A stretch of DNA of 64,000 nt, taken from IMG/VR virus record IMGVR_UViG_3300025892_000010; one strand, written 5' to 3'. The stretch comes from a virus. The notes under the pieces are model-generated. The model ran no database searches and was not told the origin of the DNA. It saw nothing but the letters and a program-made list of their open reading frames with translations. This document shows, piece after piece, positions 17,677-28,064 of this stretch. How positions within the stretch are numbered: position 1 is the first letter of the stretch; each line of letters begins with the position of its first letter. A program made the position numbers and the translations under genes.

Positions 17677-18260
17677 GCGTTAGAGGACTTTTGTGTTTTT
17701 TCTAATTCTGCAAGTTGTAAGTCTCTTTTATACATCTTTTCTGCCTTTTTCTTGGCCATATCAAATTTTAATTTAGATACTTTTTCAACAAAGGTTACAC
17801 CCATACAATGGTCAAATTCGTGTTGATAGATTCGTGAGAATAGATTATTAAATTCTTTCTTAATTACTTTACCATCATCATCTTCAAACTCTACCTCTAC
17901 TGACCAAGGTCTTTCTATTTTTAGAAATAGATAAGGAAAAGTTAAACAGCCCTCTTGCATTAAGACCGTTCTATCAGACGAGTTTATTATTTTAGGATTC
18001 CAAACAGCATACTTTTCACCATTTTTTAATGATAAATGATTACCCATTACAAACATTCTAAAAGGAAGACCTGCTTGATTACAGGTTAGACCTATACCAC
18101 CATATTTTTTCATACACATAAACATTGCTTTTGAAACCTCTGCTCTATTTTCAAAGCCGTGTTCTTTTAACATTGCGTCATTAAACGGTGCAATGGCCGT
18201 GTTAACTCTTATATCGTTAGCTGGTATTAGTCCTAGTTGTTTTATTTCTTTTTCTGCCAT
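17673..18260 (-). CDS. def: Peptide deformylase
   Basis: GIGLTCNQ, EGCLT, QHEFDH. Confidence 0.92.
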   Translation of the reverse strand: MAEKEIKQLGLIPANDIRVNTAIAPFNDAMLKEHGFENRAEVSKAMFMCMKKYGGIGLTCNQAGLPFRMFVMGNHLSLKNGEKYAVWNPKIINSSDRTVLMQEGCLTFPYLFLKIERPWSVEVEFEDDDGKVIKKEFNNLFSRIYQHEFDHCMGVTFVEKVSKLKFDMAKKKAEKMYKRDLQLAELEKTQKSSNA

Positions 18261-19975
18261 TATATTGTACCTAGTTGTGTAAAGTTTTGATGTTTTTCAA
18301 ACTTTATTATGTTAGTAAATTTATCAAATAGTATATCACCTTTATGAGATATGATAAAGATATTTTCTTTTTCTAAAGTCTTAATAATTTTAAAGAAGTC
18401 ATCTGTACCTTGGCCGTCTAGTGATGAATCAAATATCTCATCTAGTATTAGTAGATTTGTATTTGTACTATTCTTCATTCTTGCAATATCTCGCCAAGTA
18501 AATAGTAAAGCAAGGTCTATTCTCATTTTCTCACCCTCACTAAAGTTATTGTAGTTAAAGGTATCTCTAAATCTTGACTTAACGGTTTCGTTAAACTCTT
18601 CATCTAGGTTAAACGAGATATAAAAGTCCATTGCCTGTAAATATTTATTAATAAGACTATTCATAATAGGCACATACTTTCTAATGATAGTTGCTTTAGC
18701 GCCTTTGTCGTTTAGTATTTCTCTTAACACATCTACATAACCTTTTTCTTCTTGTACATCTGTAAGGTTAGCGTCTGCAACACCAAGGTCTGCTGACATC
18801 TTTTCCAGTTCAAGTTCAATAGATTCTATATCTGTATCTCTTTCACCTAATCTATTAATATCATCTTGTATTTGGTCACTATGGTTTTTCAAACTCTCTA
18901 ATGATGAGGTGATTTTTGCTATCTCCACATTCATATCTGATATTTTGTTTGAGACCTTGGAGAAAGTAGATACTTTTTGTTCGTGTTTTGAGATTTCTTC
19001 TACGAGCTGGACTAGACCACTTTCTAGTTTTGTGATTGTACCTTTTTCGTGTTCGCATTTCTCTTCCTTAAACTGGTCATCTATCTTTTGTGTACACACA
19101 GGACAATTATCATTTTCTTCAAAAAATGTTAAAGACTTCTTATGTGTGTCTAGGTTTTGTTCTATCTTTGTTTCTAGTTTTTCTAACTCTTTTAATTTCT
19201 TTTCGGTTTCTTTTTGACCACTTAACTCATTTTGACTTACGGCTATAGCTTCGTTCAAGCTCTGTAGCTTTTGAGTATATTTTAACCTATTATCTTCGTT
19301 TTCCTGTAATTTATTTTGTTGTACCTTTTGGTTGTCGCTACCTTTGGTCTCCAGCGTCTTTAAGTATTTTGCTTCAGTTTCATACTTGGTCTTTATTAAC
19401 TCACATTGGTGCCTCACCTCCGTCAACTTTTTTTGAAGGTCGCTCTGTTGTGAACGTAAAATTAAGTCCATTAGGCCAAAAACTCTAATATCAAGTATCT
19501 CTTCAACAACTTCTCTTCTATATCTTGGTTTCATCTTCATAAACGGCTCGTATGATGATGACCCTAATAATACTACTTGAATAAATGACCTGTAATTTAG
19601 TTTCATTATATTTTGTTCTAGGTATTTTTGATAATCAATATTGTTAGCGTCTTGATTTAACTTTTTACCATCACAAAATATCTCAAATATATTTGGTTTG
19701 ATACCTCTACGTACTTTAAACTTTTTGGTACCAACTTCAAAGTCTACCTCAACCACACAATCACCATTGTTAATAGTATTAACCATTTGTTCTTTTTTAA
19801 TAATTCTAAATGGTCTATTAAACAAGGCAAAACATAAGGCGTCAAGCAAAGTAGATTTGCCTGAGCCGTTTGTTCCTACAATTAATGTAGTTTGAGACAT
19901 ATCAAGATTGACAACGATAGGTACGTTACCAGTTGATAAAAAGTTTTTATAAGTTAGTCTTTTAAATAATATCAT
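18260..19975 (-). CDS. gp46: Recombination endonuclease ATPase subunit (Rad50-like)
   Basis: GTNGSGKS, CPVC hook, FSEGE, LDEIFD. Confidence 0.95.
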   Translation of the reverse strand: MILFKRLTYKNFLSTGNVPIVVNLDMSQTTLIVGTNGSGKSTLLDALCFALFNRPFRIIKKEQMVNTINNGDCVVEVDFEVGTKKFKVRRGIKPNIFEIFCDGKKLNQDANNIDYQKYLEQNIMKLNYRSFIQVVLLGSSSYEPFMKMKPRYRREVVEEILDIRVFGLMDLILRSQQSDLQKKLTEVRHQCELIKTKYETEAKYLKTLETKGSDNQKVQQNKLQENEDNRLKYTQKLQSLNEAIAVSQNELSGQKETEKKLKELEKLETKIEQNLDTHKKSLTFFEENDNCPVCTQKIDDQFKEEKCEHEKGTITKLESGLVQLVEEISKHEQKVSTFSKVSNKISDMNVEIAKITSSLESLKNHSDQIQDDINRLGERDTDIESIELELEKMSADLGVADANLTDVQEEKGYVDVLREILNDKGAKATIIRKYVPIMNSLINKYLQAMDFYISFNLDEEFNETVKSRFRDTFNYNNFSEGEKMRIDLALLFTWRDIARMKNSTNTNLLILDEIFDSSLDGQGTDDFFKIIKTLEKENIFIISHKGDILFDKFTNIIKFEKHQNFTQLGTI

Positions 19976-20667
19976 TATTTAAGATGTTCTGGTCTTGGAT
20001 GTTTTGCGTCTTCGTCAATTGCTGTTTCTATAATACCAGAATTTGCTTTAGGGTCTATATGATATAGATTGCCTGATACACTTATTCTAGTACCATCTGA
20101 TTTAAAAGGAACAACTTCGTGTCTTAATAGACAAGGAAAAATCCACATATCACCTTTTTGAGGAACAAAACCAAACGTATGTATTGCCCATTCAGGTATT
20201 TGTGGGTCGCCATAATGAAAACATATACCACCTGGTCCTACACTTCTACCTTTGTATTCAGCTCTTTCTTTTTCTAAATCAGGTGTTTCTAAATAAATTA
20301 CCCAAGTTAATTGGCCACTATGATGATGATTAGGATTGTATTCGTTTTTTTTCATATAGTTAATCCATAATGACATCAAGTTAAACTTATCTGTCCAACC
20401 ACCTTTTTCCCAATCGCCACCTCGCCATTCACAATTACGTCTTGAATAGTCTGATATATAAGGTTGAAACTCTTGTACAAACCATTTTTTATCATCACTA
20501 CTATAACCACGCTGGTCATTTAATACACCAGCCAATTCTTCATTAGCTGCGCCTTCTACTTTTGGTGCGCCTCTTTCTAGTAAACCTTTTATTAATCCGT
20601 CGTGTGCTTTATAGTGGTGTACAAAAGGTCCAAAATTTATACTACCTACACTATTTACTTTCATCAT
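19975..20667 (-). CDS. Putative 2OG-Fe(II) oxygenase
   Basis: WINY...YNPNHHH, IFPCLLRHEV, RISVSGN. Confidence 0.75.
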   Translation of the reverse strand: MMKVNSVGSINFGPFVHHYKAHDGLIKGLLERGAPKVEGAANEELAGVLNDQRGYSSDDKKWFVQEFQPYISDYSRRNCEWRGGDWEKGGWTDKFNLMSLWINYMKKNEYNPNHHHSGQLTWVIYLETPDLEKERAEYKGRSVGPGGICFHYGDPQIPEWAIHTFGFVPQKGDMWIFPCLLRHEVVPFKSDGTRISVSGNLYHIDPKANSGIIETAIDEDAKHPRPEHLK

Positions 20668-21710
20668 TCACTTGCCTCACTATATAGTTCTTTTGCAAAA
20701 GCTTTTAATTTTTGTTTATCTAGGTCTGTATTAGTTTGTTCAATATAGTTACCTAAAAAAGTTAATGTGTCTTCGCCTTGCTCAAGTATATCTTGTTTAA
20801 CAGATACATTAACATCTGACATATCTTCTATAACATCAACAGAGTGTACATTTATTTGATTGTACAATCTATCCATTAAATTATTAAACATATCGGCGTC
20901 TGTTCTTTGAGACACAAATAGTTTAATAAAACATTCATCATATTCGTTTATATCAAATTCGTTATAATTTGTTGACTTATCATCATATATTATTTTCTTA
21001 AACATCTTAACAGGATTTTCTACTCTTGTCAAGTCTCTGGTGTCAGTATCAAATATATGAAATCCTTTTGGACAATTGTAATCTGACCAAGTCATTTCGT
21101 ATTGAGTACCTAGATAATATATCTGGCCGTCATCTGATTTCTTATGAAAATGGCCTGATAATACCTTTTCAAATCTCTTAAACATAGCCTTGTCTTGACC
21201 GTGGTCATTAAAATGGCCGTTGTGCATTTCAAAACCTTTAACTTCTAAATGACCCATTGCAATAGCTGATGTACTATTTTTAATCTTTTCAACCGAATCA
21301 GTTTCGTTATCATCACAAATCCAAGGTATGAATAAGATAGGCAAGTTATCAAACTCAACCTCGGTTGTTTGTGTATAGACTTTAGCACCTTTGTTTATTT
21401 CTAAATTTTGTAAGGCATTTACTTCGTTTGTATTCTTATAATAGGTATCGTGGTTACCAATGATAATATGAGTATCAATGTTTAGTTCTTCTAATCTATT
21501 CCAAAACTTCTTTTTAAAGTTATGTGCTGTATTGTGGTTAATAAACTTTCTTCTATCAACTACATCACCTAGGTGTATAAGTGTAGTAATATTGTTTTCT
21601 TTTAAATATGGAAAAAACAATTCATCATAGAATCTATTTTGATATTTTAAGAAAGCTGGACTATCATTTCTCACACCAAAGTGAGTATCATTTAACAACG
21701 CTATTTTCAT
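20664..21710 (-). CDS. gp47: Recombination endonuclease nuclease subunit (Mre11-like)
   Basis: DTHFG, LGDVVD, GNHD, SGHFH. Confidence 0.95.
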   Translation of the reverse strand: MKIALLNDTHFGVRNDSPAFLKYQNRFYDELFFPYLKENNITTLIHLGDVVDRRKFINHNTAHNFKKKFWNRLEELNIDTHIIIGNHDTYYKNTNEVNALQNLEINKGAKVYTQTTEVEFDNLPILFIPWICDDNETDSVEKIKNSTSAIAMGHLEVKGFEMHNGHFNDHGQDKAMFKRFEKVLSGHFHKKSDDGQIYYLGTQYEMTWSDYNCPKGFHIFDTDTRDLTRVENPVKMFKKIIYDDKSTNYNEFDINEYDECFIKLFVSQRTDADMFNNLMDRLYNQINVHSVDVIEDMSDVNVSVKQDILEQGEDTLTFLGNYIEQTNTDLDKQKLKAFAKELYSEASE

Positions 21711-22234
21711 TATTTCTTTTTCTTAACTGCTTTTTTAGGTTTCTTGTCTTCTTCGGATGTTTCTTCTCTAGGTAAATTAGCTCTTAAATATTCGCTAAAC
21801 TGATTTTTAAATTCTCTATCTTCACCTGGATGTAAAGTCATATCATCATAATTACCATCTGCAATCATCTTTTGTTTGATTGTAGTTTGCTTCTTTTCTT
21901 TTTGAATACGTCTAATAAAAGCGTAATATATTATTTGTGTAAAGTAAGCAAATGGATTATTTGATTTATCTGGATTAAAGTTGTCTAGGTATTGTAAACA
22001 ATTTTCTATACCATCACTAATCATATCGTCTCTATATGTGTAATTAATAAAGTTAGGTCTGTATGATAAATGATTCGCTATCTTTAAGAAACAACTACCA
22101 ATATAATCGGTAACTGGTGGTTTTGCTTCTTTTTTTCTTTCAGCTCTTTTAACAGACTTACGATACTCAACCATAGCGGCTAAGAAATCTTTGTTGTTTA
22201 CGTAATGTTCGGGTTTTGATTTTTGTCTTGCCAT
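21710..22234 (-). CDS. gp55: Late sigma factor
   Basis: HYVNNKDF, DMISDGIENC, NPFAYFTQI. Confidence 0.95.
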   Translation of the reverse strand: MARQKSKPEHYVNNKDFLAAMVEYRKSVKRAERKKEAKPPVTDYIGSCFLKIANHLSYRPNFINYTYRDDMISDGIENCLQYLDNFNPDKSNNPFAYFTQIIYYAFIRRIQKEKKQTTIKQKMIADGNYDDMTLHPGEDREFKNQFSEYLRANLPREETSEEDKKPKKAVKKKK

Positions 22235-22243
22235 AATATCCTC

Positions 22244-22272
22244 ATACTATCTTATTTAATAATAAATGTCAA
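22244..22272 (-). promoter_or_regulatory. sigma70-type promoter for gp55
   Basis: TTGACA-N17-TAGTAT. Confidence 0.65.
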
Positions 22273-22286
22273 TGTTCATTTCACAC

Positions 22287-22314
22287 TTGACAATTGAAAA
22301 TTCCTATGTATAAT
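22287..22314 (+). promoter_or_regulatory. Consensus sigma70 promoter pointing antisense into the uvsW/late region
   Basis: TTGACA-N16-TATAAT. Confidence 0.55.
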
Positions 22315-22345
22315 GAGCGGTGTAGCGTTTTCAAGAACAGCTATA

Positions 22346-22792
22346 TTAATGGATAGTTTTATCTTCCTCATCATCATCAAATTCTTCAAATATTTCTCTT
22401 AATTTTTTAGAGTCCAAATCACCTAATTGTTCAGACTTATAATTCTTATCTTCTTTCGGAGGCCGAAGAGTGTGATAATCTTTAGAGATAATCGCATACT
22501 GACCTGCCATTTCTTTAGTAGCACCGGCGATAGTCATAATTTTATCTTTAGGTATAGTAATTATGTTATCAGGTGAAAAGTTTACCCAACGAATCAAAGC
22601 AATATAATCCTTAAATCCACCAGGTGTGAATTGAGGTATATACTTAACCTGTAAAGGCTTTTCTAATCTTAATAGTGGTGAGTTATCCGGAAGTTGAGTA
22701 TCTTTCTCCGGTAAATGACAAACTATGTCATCACCATTTATTAATTTAATTAACTTTATATTAGTTTTATTATCTTTAATCTCTTGGTGCAT
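22346..22792 (-). CDS. Conserved T4-like hypothetical protein
   Basis: IKLIKLINGDDIV; typical position between uvsW and gp55. Confidence 0.6.
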   Translation of the reverse strand: MHQEIKDNKTNIKLIKLINGDDIVCHLPEKDTQLPDNSPLLRLEKPLQVKYIPQFTPGGFKDYIALIRWVNFSPDNIITIPKDKIMTIAGATKEMAGQYAIISKDYHTLRPPKEDKNYKSEQLGDLDSKKLREIFEEFDDDEEDKTIH

Positions 22793-24266
22793 TGTCTATC
22801 TCTACGTTGTGAATTTCATAATCAAAGTCTTCGCCGTTGTATATATTTATCCGTTCTCTAAAGTGTGCCAAAGTATAGTTTTCCTTTTCATTATAAGTTA
22901 AATCGTCTGCGACATCATACAAAGTTGCGTGTGAATTATTATCTTTTAATCGGAGACCTCTACCTATTGATTGTAAGTTTCTTATCCTGGATTTACTAGG
23001 ACTAGCAAAAATAATGTTATGCAAATTCCTAATATTAATGCCGGTACTGAAAGTCCCATAACTCGCAACGATAATAGAGTTGTCAGACTTTTCTGTAAGT
23101 TCTCTAATACGTTCTCTTTCTTCGGTATCAACACCACCATAAACATAAAAAACCTGTTTATCAGTAGCCTTATCTTTAATTGCTTCATACAAATCCTTTC
23201 CGTGTTTTTCTACATATTGAAACAAACATAGTGTATTGCCTTGTAGGCCAGAGGCCAAATTTCTTATGTACTTATTTCTTTTTTCGTGAGAGACTAAAAA
23301 GTCCATTTCTTCTTGATATGTTTTACCTTTAATAAATTCTCTTTCTTGTTTACCGTGTTGTAAGACCAAACAATATATTTTGAGGTCAGCTAGTTTTCCC
23401 TTTTCCTGAAGTTCAGTTGTGGATACTACCTTATTTACAGCACCAAACAAACCCTCTAATACTAATTTGTGTGTTTTACTACCATCTAAAGTACCTGTCA
23501 TTCCTACTCTATATGGACATTTTACTAACTTGGTCATTATCTTTGTTAATGATATTGCTTTAAATAAGTGTGCTTCATCACCAATAATCATACCAAATTG
23601 TTGAAACCATTTTTTAGGTTGATTGTATATAGATTGCCAAGTAGATATTATAATAGACTTGTTTGTTTCTTTTTCGTGACCTTGATATATTCTATGTACA
23701 TTTTTTTCAGGCGACCAACCATAATCTTTAAAATCTTTAAACAATTGTTCTACTAATGATGTTGTTGGTACAATAATTAATATTTTTTTATTGTTCTCTT
23801 TTAATCTTAATATATTAAATCTTACCAATAGATAAGTTATCAGAGATTTACCAGAGGCAGTTGGCGACAATAACAAGCACCTATTTGTTCTTGTTGCATA
23901 TACAAATGCCTCTTTTTGGTAATCTCTAACTTTGAAAGGTATCTTTAAGGCTTCAATAAACTTATTAACTTTTTTATCATCAACCTTTGTTTCAGTAATT
24001 TTTGTTCCGTCAACTACTTCTATTTGATTGTCTTTACACCATTGTAATATGTAAAGATAAAGACCAGCATATATCTGTCCTGTTTGATAAGAGAATAATC
24101 TAATTTTACCGTCCCATTGTCTTGCCCTATATTGAGGCATAAACTTAAAACCTGGCACTTCAAACGTAAAGAATTCTCCTAACTCTCTACGAATAGAATC
24201 ATCAGCTTCAATTTTTAGGTAAACATCATCCTTCTTATCAATGATAAGGTATCTTACATTGGTCAT
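22776..24266 (-). CDS. uvsW: SF2 helicase UvsW
   Basis: SPTASGKS, DEAH, GMTGT, QSIGRGLR. Confidence 0.95.
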   Translation of the reverse strand: MTNVRYLIIDKKDDVYLKIEADDSIRRELGEFFTFEVPGFKFMPQYRARQWDGKIRLFSYQTGQIYAGLYLYILQWCKDNQIEVVDGTKITETKVDDKKVNKFIEALKIPFKVRDYQKEAFVYATRTNRCLLLSPTASGKSLITYLLVRFNILRLKENNKKILIIVPTTSLVEQLFKDFKDYGWSPEKNVHRIYQGHEKETNKSIIISTWQSIYNQPKKWFQQFGMIIGDEAHLFKAISLTKIMTKLVKCPYRVGMTGTLDGSKTHKLVLEGLFGAVNKVVSTTELQEKGKLADLKIYCLVLQHGKQEREFIKGKTYQEEMDFLVSHEKRNKYIRNLASGLQGNTLCLFQYVEKHGKDLYEAIKDKATDKQVFYVYGGVDTEERERIRELTEKSDNSIIVASYGTFSTGINIRNLHNIIFASPSKSRIRNLQSIGRGLRLKDNNSHATLYDVADDLTYNEKENYTLAHFRERINIYNGEDFDYEIHNVEIDNAPRD

Positions 24267-24694
24267 TAAATAGCGCCGCTAGTAAACTTACGCCACTCAA
24301 TCGCATTTTTTATTGTAAAGGTTCTATTTGAAATTTGTCTAATAGTTTTGTCTAAAAAATCTGTGGTGGTTTGTAAGTAATCTACTTTTTGTTTTGCACG
24401 TTGTATCTCTTCATCTGAATCAAGATACTTGTCAACGTCTTGTCTTAATAATTTAAAGTTAAAAGGTTTCTTTGCATATACTGAAGCGTCTGATTTGCCT
24501 GTATAATATTCCCACTTATCTCTTTTAATAGTGTGAAGTTCAGACTCAGCTCTACTTAACATAAGTTTATACTTTGTCAAGTGTTTCATATATGTGTTGT
24601 GTAATTGAGGTGTTTTTAAAGATTCTAAATCTAATTCAGTATCGTTTAATTTTAAATCTTTATCAACTTGTTCTTGTAGTTTTTCTAAATCCAT
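24266..24694 (-). CDS. uvsY: Recombination mediator UvsY
   Basis: KWEYYTGK, IKNAIEWRKF; synteny. Confidence 0.9.
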   Translation of the reverse strand: MDLEKLQEQVDKDLKLNDTELDLESLKTPQLHNTYMKHLTKYKLMLSRAESELHTIKRDKWEYYTGKSDASVYAKKPFNFKLLRQDVDKYLDSDEEIQRAKQKVDYLQTTTDFLDKTIRQISNRTFTIKNAIEWRKFTSGAI

Positions 24695-24739
24695 AATGTA
24701 TCCAATCTATCATAATTTACTCAAAAAGTAAAGTCTGGT

Positions 24740-25363
24740 TTAACTTATTGTATCTAAAGTTTTTCCACCTTTTACAGCGAATTCGTATATCTTATATTTA
24801 AATGTAACCGTTGCCGATAGATATGCTACATCATCAGCTTGTTGATTAAAGTTTAGTCCTGACAAACTAATAGGAAAAACATCACTAAAACGTACTTCAA
24901 TATTGTGTCTATTTTTACTAGATAATACGTTTAAAGTTGCGTCTGAAAAAGCAGGACCCATTGGCGTAGCACCACCTGTTACCTTACCGGGGTCTGTAAT
25001 TTTTTGACTAGAACCTTGCAAAGGAAATCTATCAGCACCTGATTTGATTAAATCTGCGAATTGTGTTCTTGACTTTGGAAATCCTAACCCCATCATCCAA
25101 CCGTGTATTTCTCGGTAGTTTTCTAAATTCTCATCTACCATAAACGTACACTCTAGGTCACCAAAAGTAATCTTTTCTCCTGGTACAGGTATATCTGCAA
25201 GAGGAGTAGGTTGTTTAATATCATTTAAATTAATAGAGGGTATATTAGCAGCCGTACAAAAGTATTCTACTTTAGGTAATTTGATAATAGAAAATTTAAA
25301 CTGCGTTGGAGCAGCTAAATCTAATTTAGTTGGTTGTCTTGATAATGCGTTAGTTGTTGTCAT
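24740..25363 (-). CDS. gp3: Tail completion / tube-terminator protein
   Basis: FMVDENLENYREIHGW, FPISLSGLNF; follows gp23 as in marine T4-likes. Confidence 0.75.
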   Translation of the reverse strand: MTTTNALSRQPTKLDLAAPTQFKFSIIKLPKVEYFCTAANIPSINLNDIKQPTPLADIPVPGEKITFGDLECTFMVDENLENYREIHGWMMGLGFPKSRTQFADLIKSGADRFPLQGSSQKITDPGKVTGGATPMGPAFSDATLNVLSSKNRHNIEVRFSDVFPISLSGLNFNQQADDVAYLSATVTFKYKIYEFAVKGGKTLDTIS

Positions 25364-25393
25364 ATGGATATTTATCCATCCTGGAGGAAGGCC

Positions 25394-25423
25394 AAAAAAA
25401 AGGGCGGATAAACCGCCCTTTTT
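25394..25423 (-). terminator. Rho-independent terminator after gp23
   Basis: A8-GGGCGG-ATAAA-CCGCCC-T5. Confidence 0.85.
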
Positions 25424-25450
25424 CTGAAGTTTGTACTTCGCAAAGTAAAA

Positions 25451-26788
25451 TTACATTAAGTTTGCAACTTGTACTTTTTGGTAGTATCTGTTAGAGTTTG
25501 CTGAACCAGCGTCATTTACTGCTGAAGCAGCACCTGAAATTGCACCAGTTTCGGCAAATGGGTTCGCTACTAGACCGTATCTAGTTTTGAAACCAATTTT
25601 AGGTTGGAAAGTATCTTGACCAACTGCTCTAACCATTTGTAGAGGTACATATGGACAATAGAACATACCAGCGTCATAAGGTGAAGTACCTTTATAACCA
25701 ACTACGTAGTATTGTTTCGCCGAAGAGTTTGCACTATACGGGTCAATGTACACTTTGTATCTACCGTTAAGAACACCAGCAAAAGTATTACCAGTATCGT
25801 CAACGTTTAGGTTGTTGTTAAGAGCAGGAGTATAGTCTAATACACCAGCCATTTGAAGAGCAGAAGCGACATCTGAAGAACAGATAATCATATTTCCTTT
25901 TCCTCTTCTTGTTCTCTGAGCGATTCTGTTTGCGTCTCTTTCCAATTGGAACATAAGACCTTTGAATCTCTCAACAGACCATCTACCATTTGAGTCTGTG
26001 TCTAAATCAAAGATACCAGCAGTTGTTGTATTTACAGCAGCGCCTTTTTCAGCGTTAATGTAGATAGTTCTAACTACTTCTCTATTGATTTCAGCCAAGA
26101 TTTCAGCAGATAAGATGTTTGCTAACTCTGTTTCAGCGTCTAAACCGTGGATTGCTTTTAAGTCTTGAGCAAGTTCCATAGTGTATTCAGCTTTAAGAGC
26201 TCTTGATTTAGCAGTTACCGTAGATTTCTCAATTGAGAAAGCCATTTCAGCAAATGCGTTACCACTAGCGTCACCCAATGCTTCAGCAGCTGCTGTAGTC
26301 ATTGCTGTACCTTTTGTGTAAGTACCTGGTGAACCGTCATTTAAGACAGCTGGGTTAGTACCGGCGTTAGCAGTAGTTGAATAACCATCTACAGCTGAAC
26401 CAGCAGCGTTTCTACCAGAGAAATCAGTATCAGCTTCGTCAAACATAGCTTCTTGACCAGTTTGTGAAGTGTATCTGCTTCTCATAGCAAATATAAGACC
26501 AGTTGGACCGGTCATAGGTTGAACACCTGCAATATCGTAAGCGATAAGGTTAGGCATTGCTCTTCTTACTAAACTAATTAGGATTGGATCCCAGTTAGAT
26601 ACAGCTGAACCAGTTGAGTTTGTTGGTGCAGCTTCAGATAAGAACGCATTGTCTTCCTTAGCAGCTCTTTCTTGGTTTTCCAAGATAACAGAGGTGACGG
26701 CACGTCTATAAGAATCCGTGATTTTTGGTAAATCAGGATGCTCAAGGACTGGCTGCCATTTTTTTTCGTGAGTTTCGGATAAGTACAT
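25451..26788 (-). CDS. gp23: Major capsid protein
   Basis: GVQPMTGPTGLIFAMR, KSRALKAEYTMELAQDLKAIHGLDAE, FQPKIGFKTRYG. Confidence 0.98.
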   Translation of the reverse strand: MYLSETHEKKWQPVLEHPDLPKITDSYRRAVTSVILENQERAAKEDNAFLSEAAPTNSTGSAVSNWDPILISLVRRAMPNLIAYDIAGVQPMTGPTGLIFAMRSRYTSQTGQEAMFDEADTDFSGRNAAGSAVDGYSTTANAGTNPAVLNDGSPGTYTKGTAMTTAAAEALGDASGNAFAEMAFSIEKSTVTAKSRALKAEYTMELAQDLKAIHGLDAETELANILSAEILAEINREVVRTIYINAEKGAAVNTTTAGIFDLDTDSNGRWSVERFKGLMFQLERDANRIAQRTRRGKGNMIICSSDVASALQMAGVLDYTPALNNNLNVDDTGNTFAGVLNGRYKVYIDPYSANSSAKQYYVVGYKGTSPYDAGMFYCPYVPLQMVRAVGQDTFQPKIGFKTRYGLVANPFAETGAISGAASAVNDAGSANSNRYYQKVQVANLM

Positions 26789-26812
26789 TGTTTATTTCTC
26801 CCTTTTCCTTGA

Positions 26813-27997
26813 TTAAGATATTTTAATATCTTTTGTTTTGCTAATAGCGGCAGTGTAAGCAGCCATCGCTTTTGATAAATCCTCATTACTTAATGAAGTT
26901 TCACCAGCAGCCGCCACATCATCTAAAGCCTCATCTGCTTTTGCTTTTTGTCCAAAGTATGATTCTTTGATAGTCTCACACTTTTTCTTAAAATCTTCAG
27001 CAGTTGAGTATTCAATCTCTTCAGCAAGTTTAGCAAATTTTTCTTTTTGAGTGTCTGCTAAATCATTAGCAACTTCAGCCATAATCTCTTTTTGAGATTT
27101 TACTGAATTGTCTTTGTTTAGTTCAACATTCTTTTCAATTTGCTCGTTTAACTTTGACTCTAATGTCTCAATTTTAGTTGCTTGCGCTTCTAAAACATCA
27201 TACTTCTCATCTGGAACATCAATATAATGTTCGCTGAAAAGTTTTTTAAGACCAGAGATAAAGTCTTCAGCAATCTCGCCTTTAATACCTCGTTCAAGAG
27301 CGATTTCGTTTTCTTTCATCCACTCTTCAACAACGTAAGACAAGTAAGAGTCAACTTTTTCAGTTAATTCTTCTTTTGCTTTTGCACTTTCTTGCTCTAA
27401 TTTGTTGTTATAATCTGCTTCCATTGATTCAGCAATTTCACCAACTTTTGATTTAATTGCAGCTTCAAAAACGGTAGCAGCTTTTGTTTTAAATTCTTCT
27501 GATAAATCATTTTCGCCATTTACAAGAGCGTCAACGTGCTCTGAAACATCAATGTCTTCTTTTGCATAAGAAGCCATTTTCATTTTCATTGCAGGTTTTT
27601 TCTCTTTGTCTTCAGCGTCAGCTTCTTCAGACTTTTCTTTTTTATCTTGCGATTTTTTAAGAGCGTCTAAAGCTGCTTTAGGCATTTCGCCTTCTTTGAT
27701 TTCAGAACCTTCTTCAGTTTCTTCGCTCTCTTTTAACTTCGGCATAGGGTCAGCTGCGCCTTGGCTTTTTTGTTGAGCGTCACCAGAAACTTGTTTAGTT
27801 TTTTTCGTAGCGTCTGGATTGCTGTCTGTTGGTTTAACAACAGCTGCACCTAAATCCTCTGCATTATTCATACTTGCAATGTGAGAAGGTTCAGCCGCAA
27901 CAGCATTTTTCTTCGGAGCATCCGCTTGTGGGTTAGCACTTGCTTCAGCAACCGCTGATTTTTCCAAAGCCTCTACTTTATTGTCTGTCTCGGCCAT
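26813..27997 (-). CDS. gp22: Prohead core scaffold protein
   Basis: LSEEFKTKAATVFEAA, VDSYLSYVVEEW; synteny. Confidence 0.9.
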   Translation of the reverse strand: MAETDNKVEALEKSAVAEASANPQADAPKKNAVAAEPSHIASMNNAEDLGAAVVKPTDSNPDATKKTKQVSGDAQQKSQGAADPMPKLKESEETEEGSEIKEGEMPKAALDALKKSQDKKEKSEEADAEDKEKKPAMKMKMASYAKEDIDVSEHVDALVNGENDLSEEFKTKAATVFEAAIKSKVGEIAESMEADYNNKLEQESAKAKEELTEKVDSYLSYVVEEWMKENEIALERGIKGEIAEDFISGLKKLFSEHYIDVPDEKYDVLEAQATKIETLESKLNEQIEKNVELNKDNSVKSQKEIMAEVANDLADTQKEKFAKLAEEIEYSTAEDFKKKCETIKESYFGQKAKADEALDDVAAAGETSLSNEDLSKAMAAYTAAISKTKDIKIS

Positions 27998-28053
27998 TTT
28001 AGAAATCTCCTTATTCTTTATTAAAATAAACGTTTATTTTATTCTCTGTAAGA

Positions 28054-28061
28054 TATTTATA
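28054..28061 (-). promoter_or_regulatory. gp55 late promoter; further exact copies at 28731, 32687, 35256, 40055, 44833, 55894, 58887, 59466, 62304
   Basis: TATAAATA on the minus strand just upstream of structural genes. Confidence 0.8.
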
Positions 28062-28064
28062 ATA

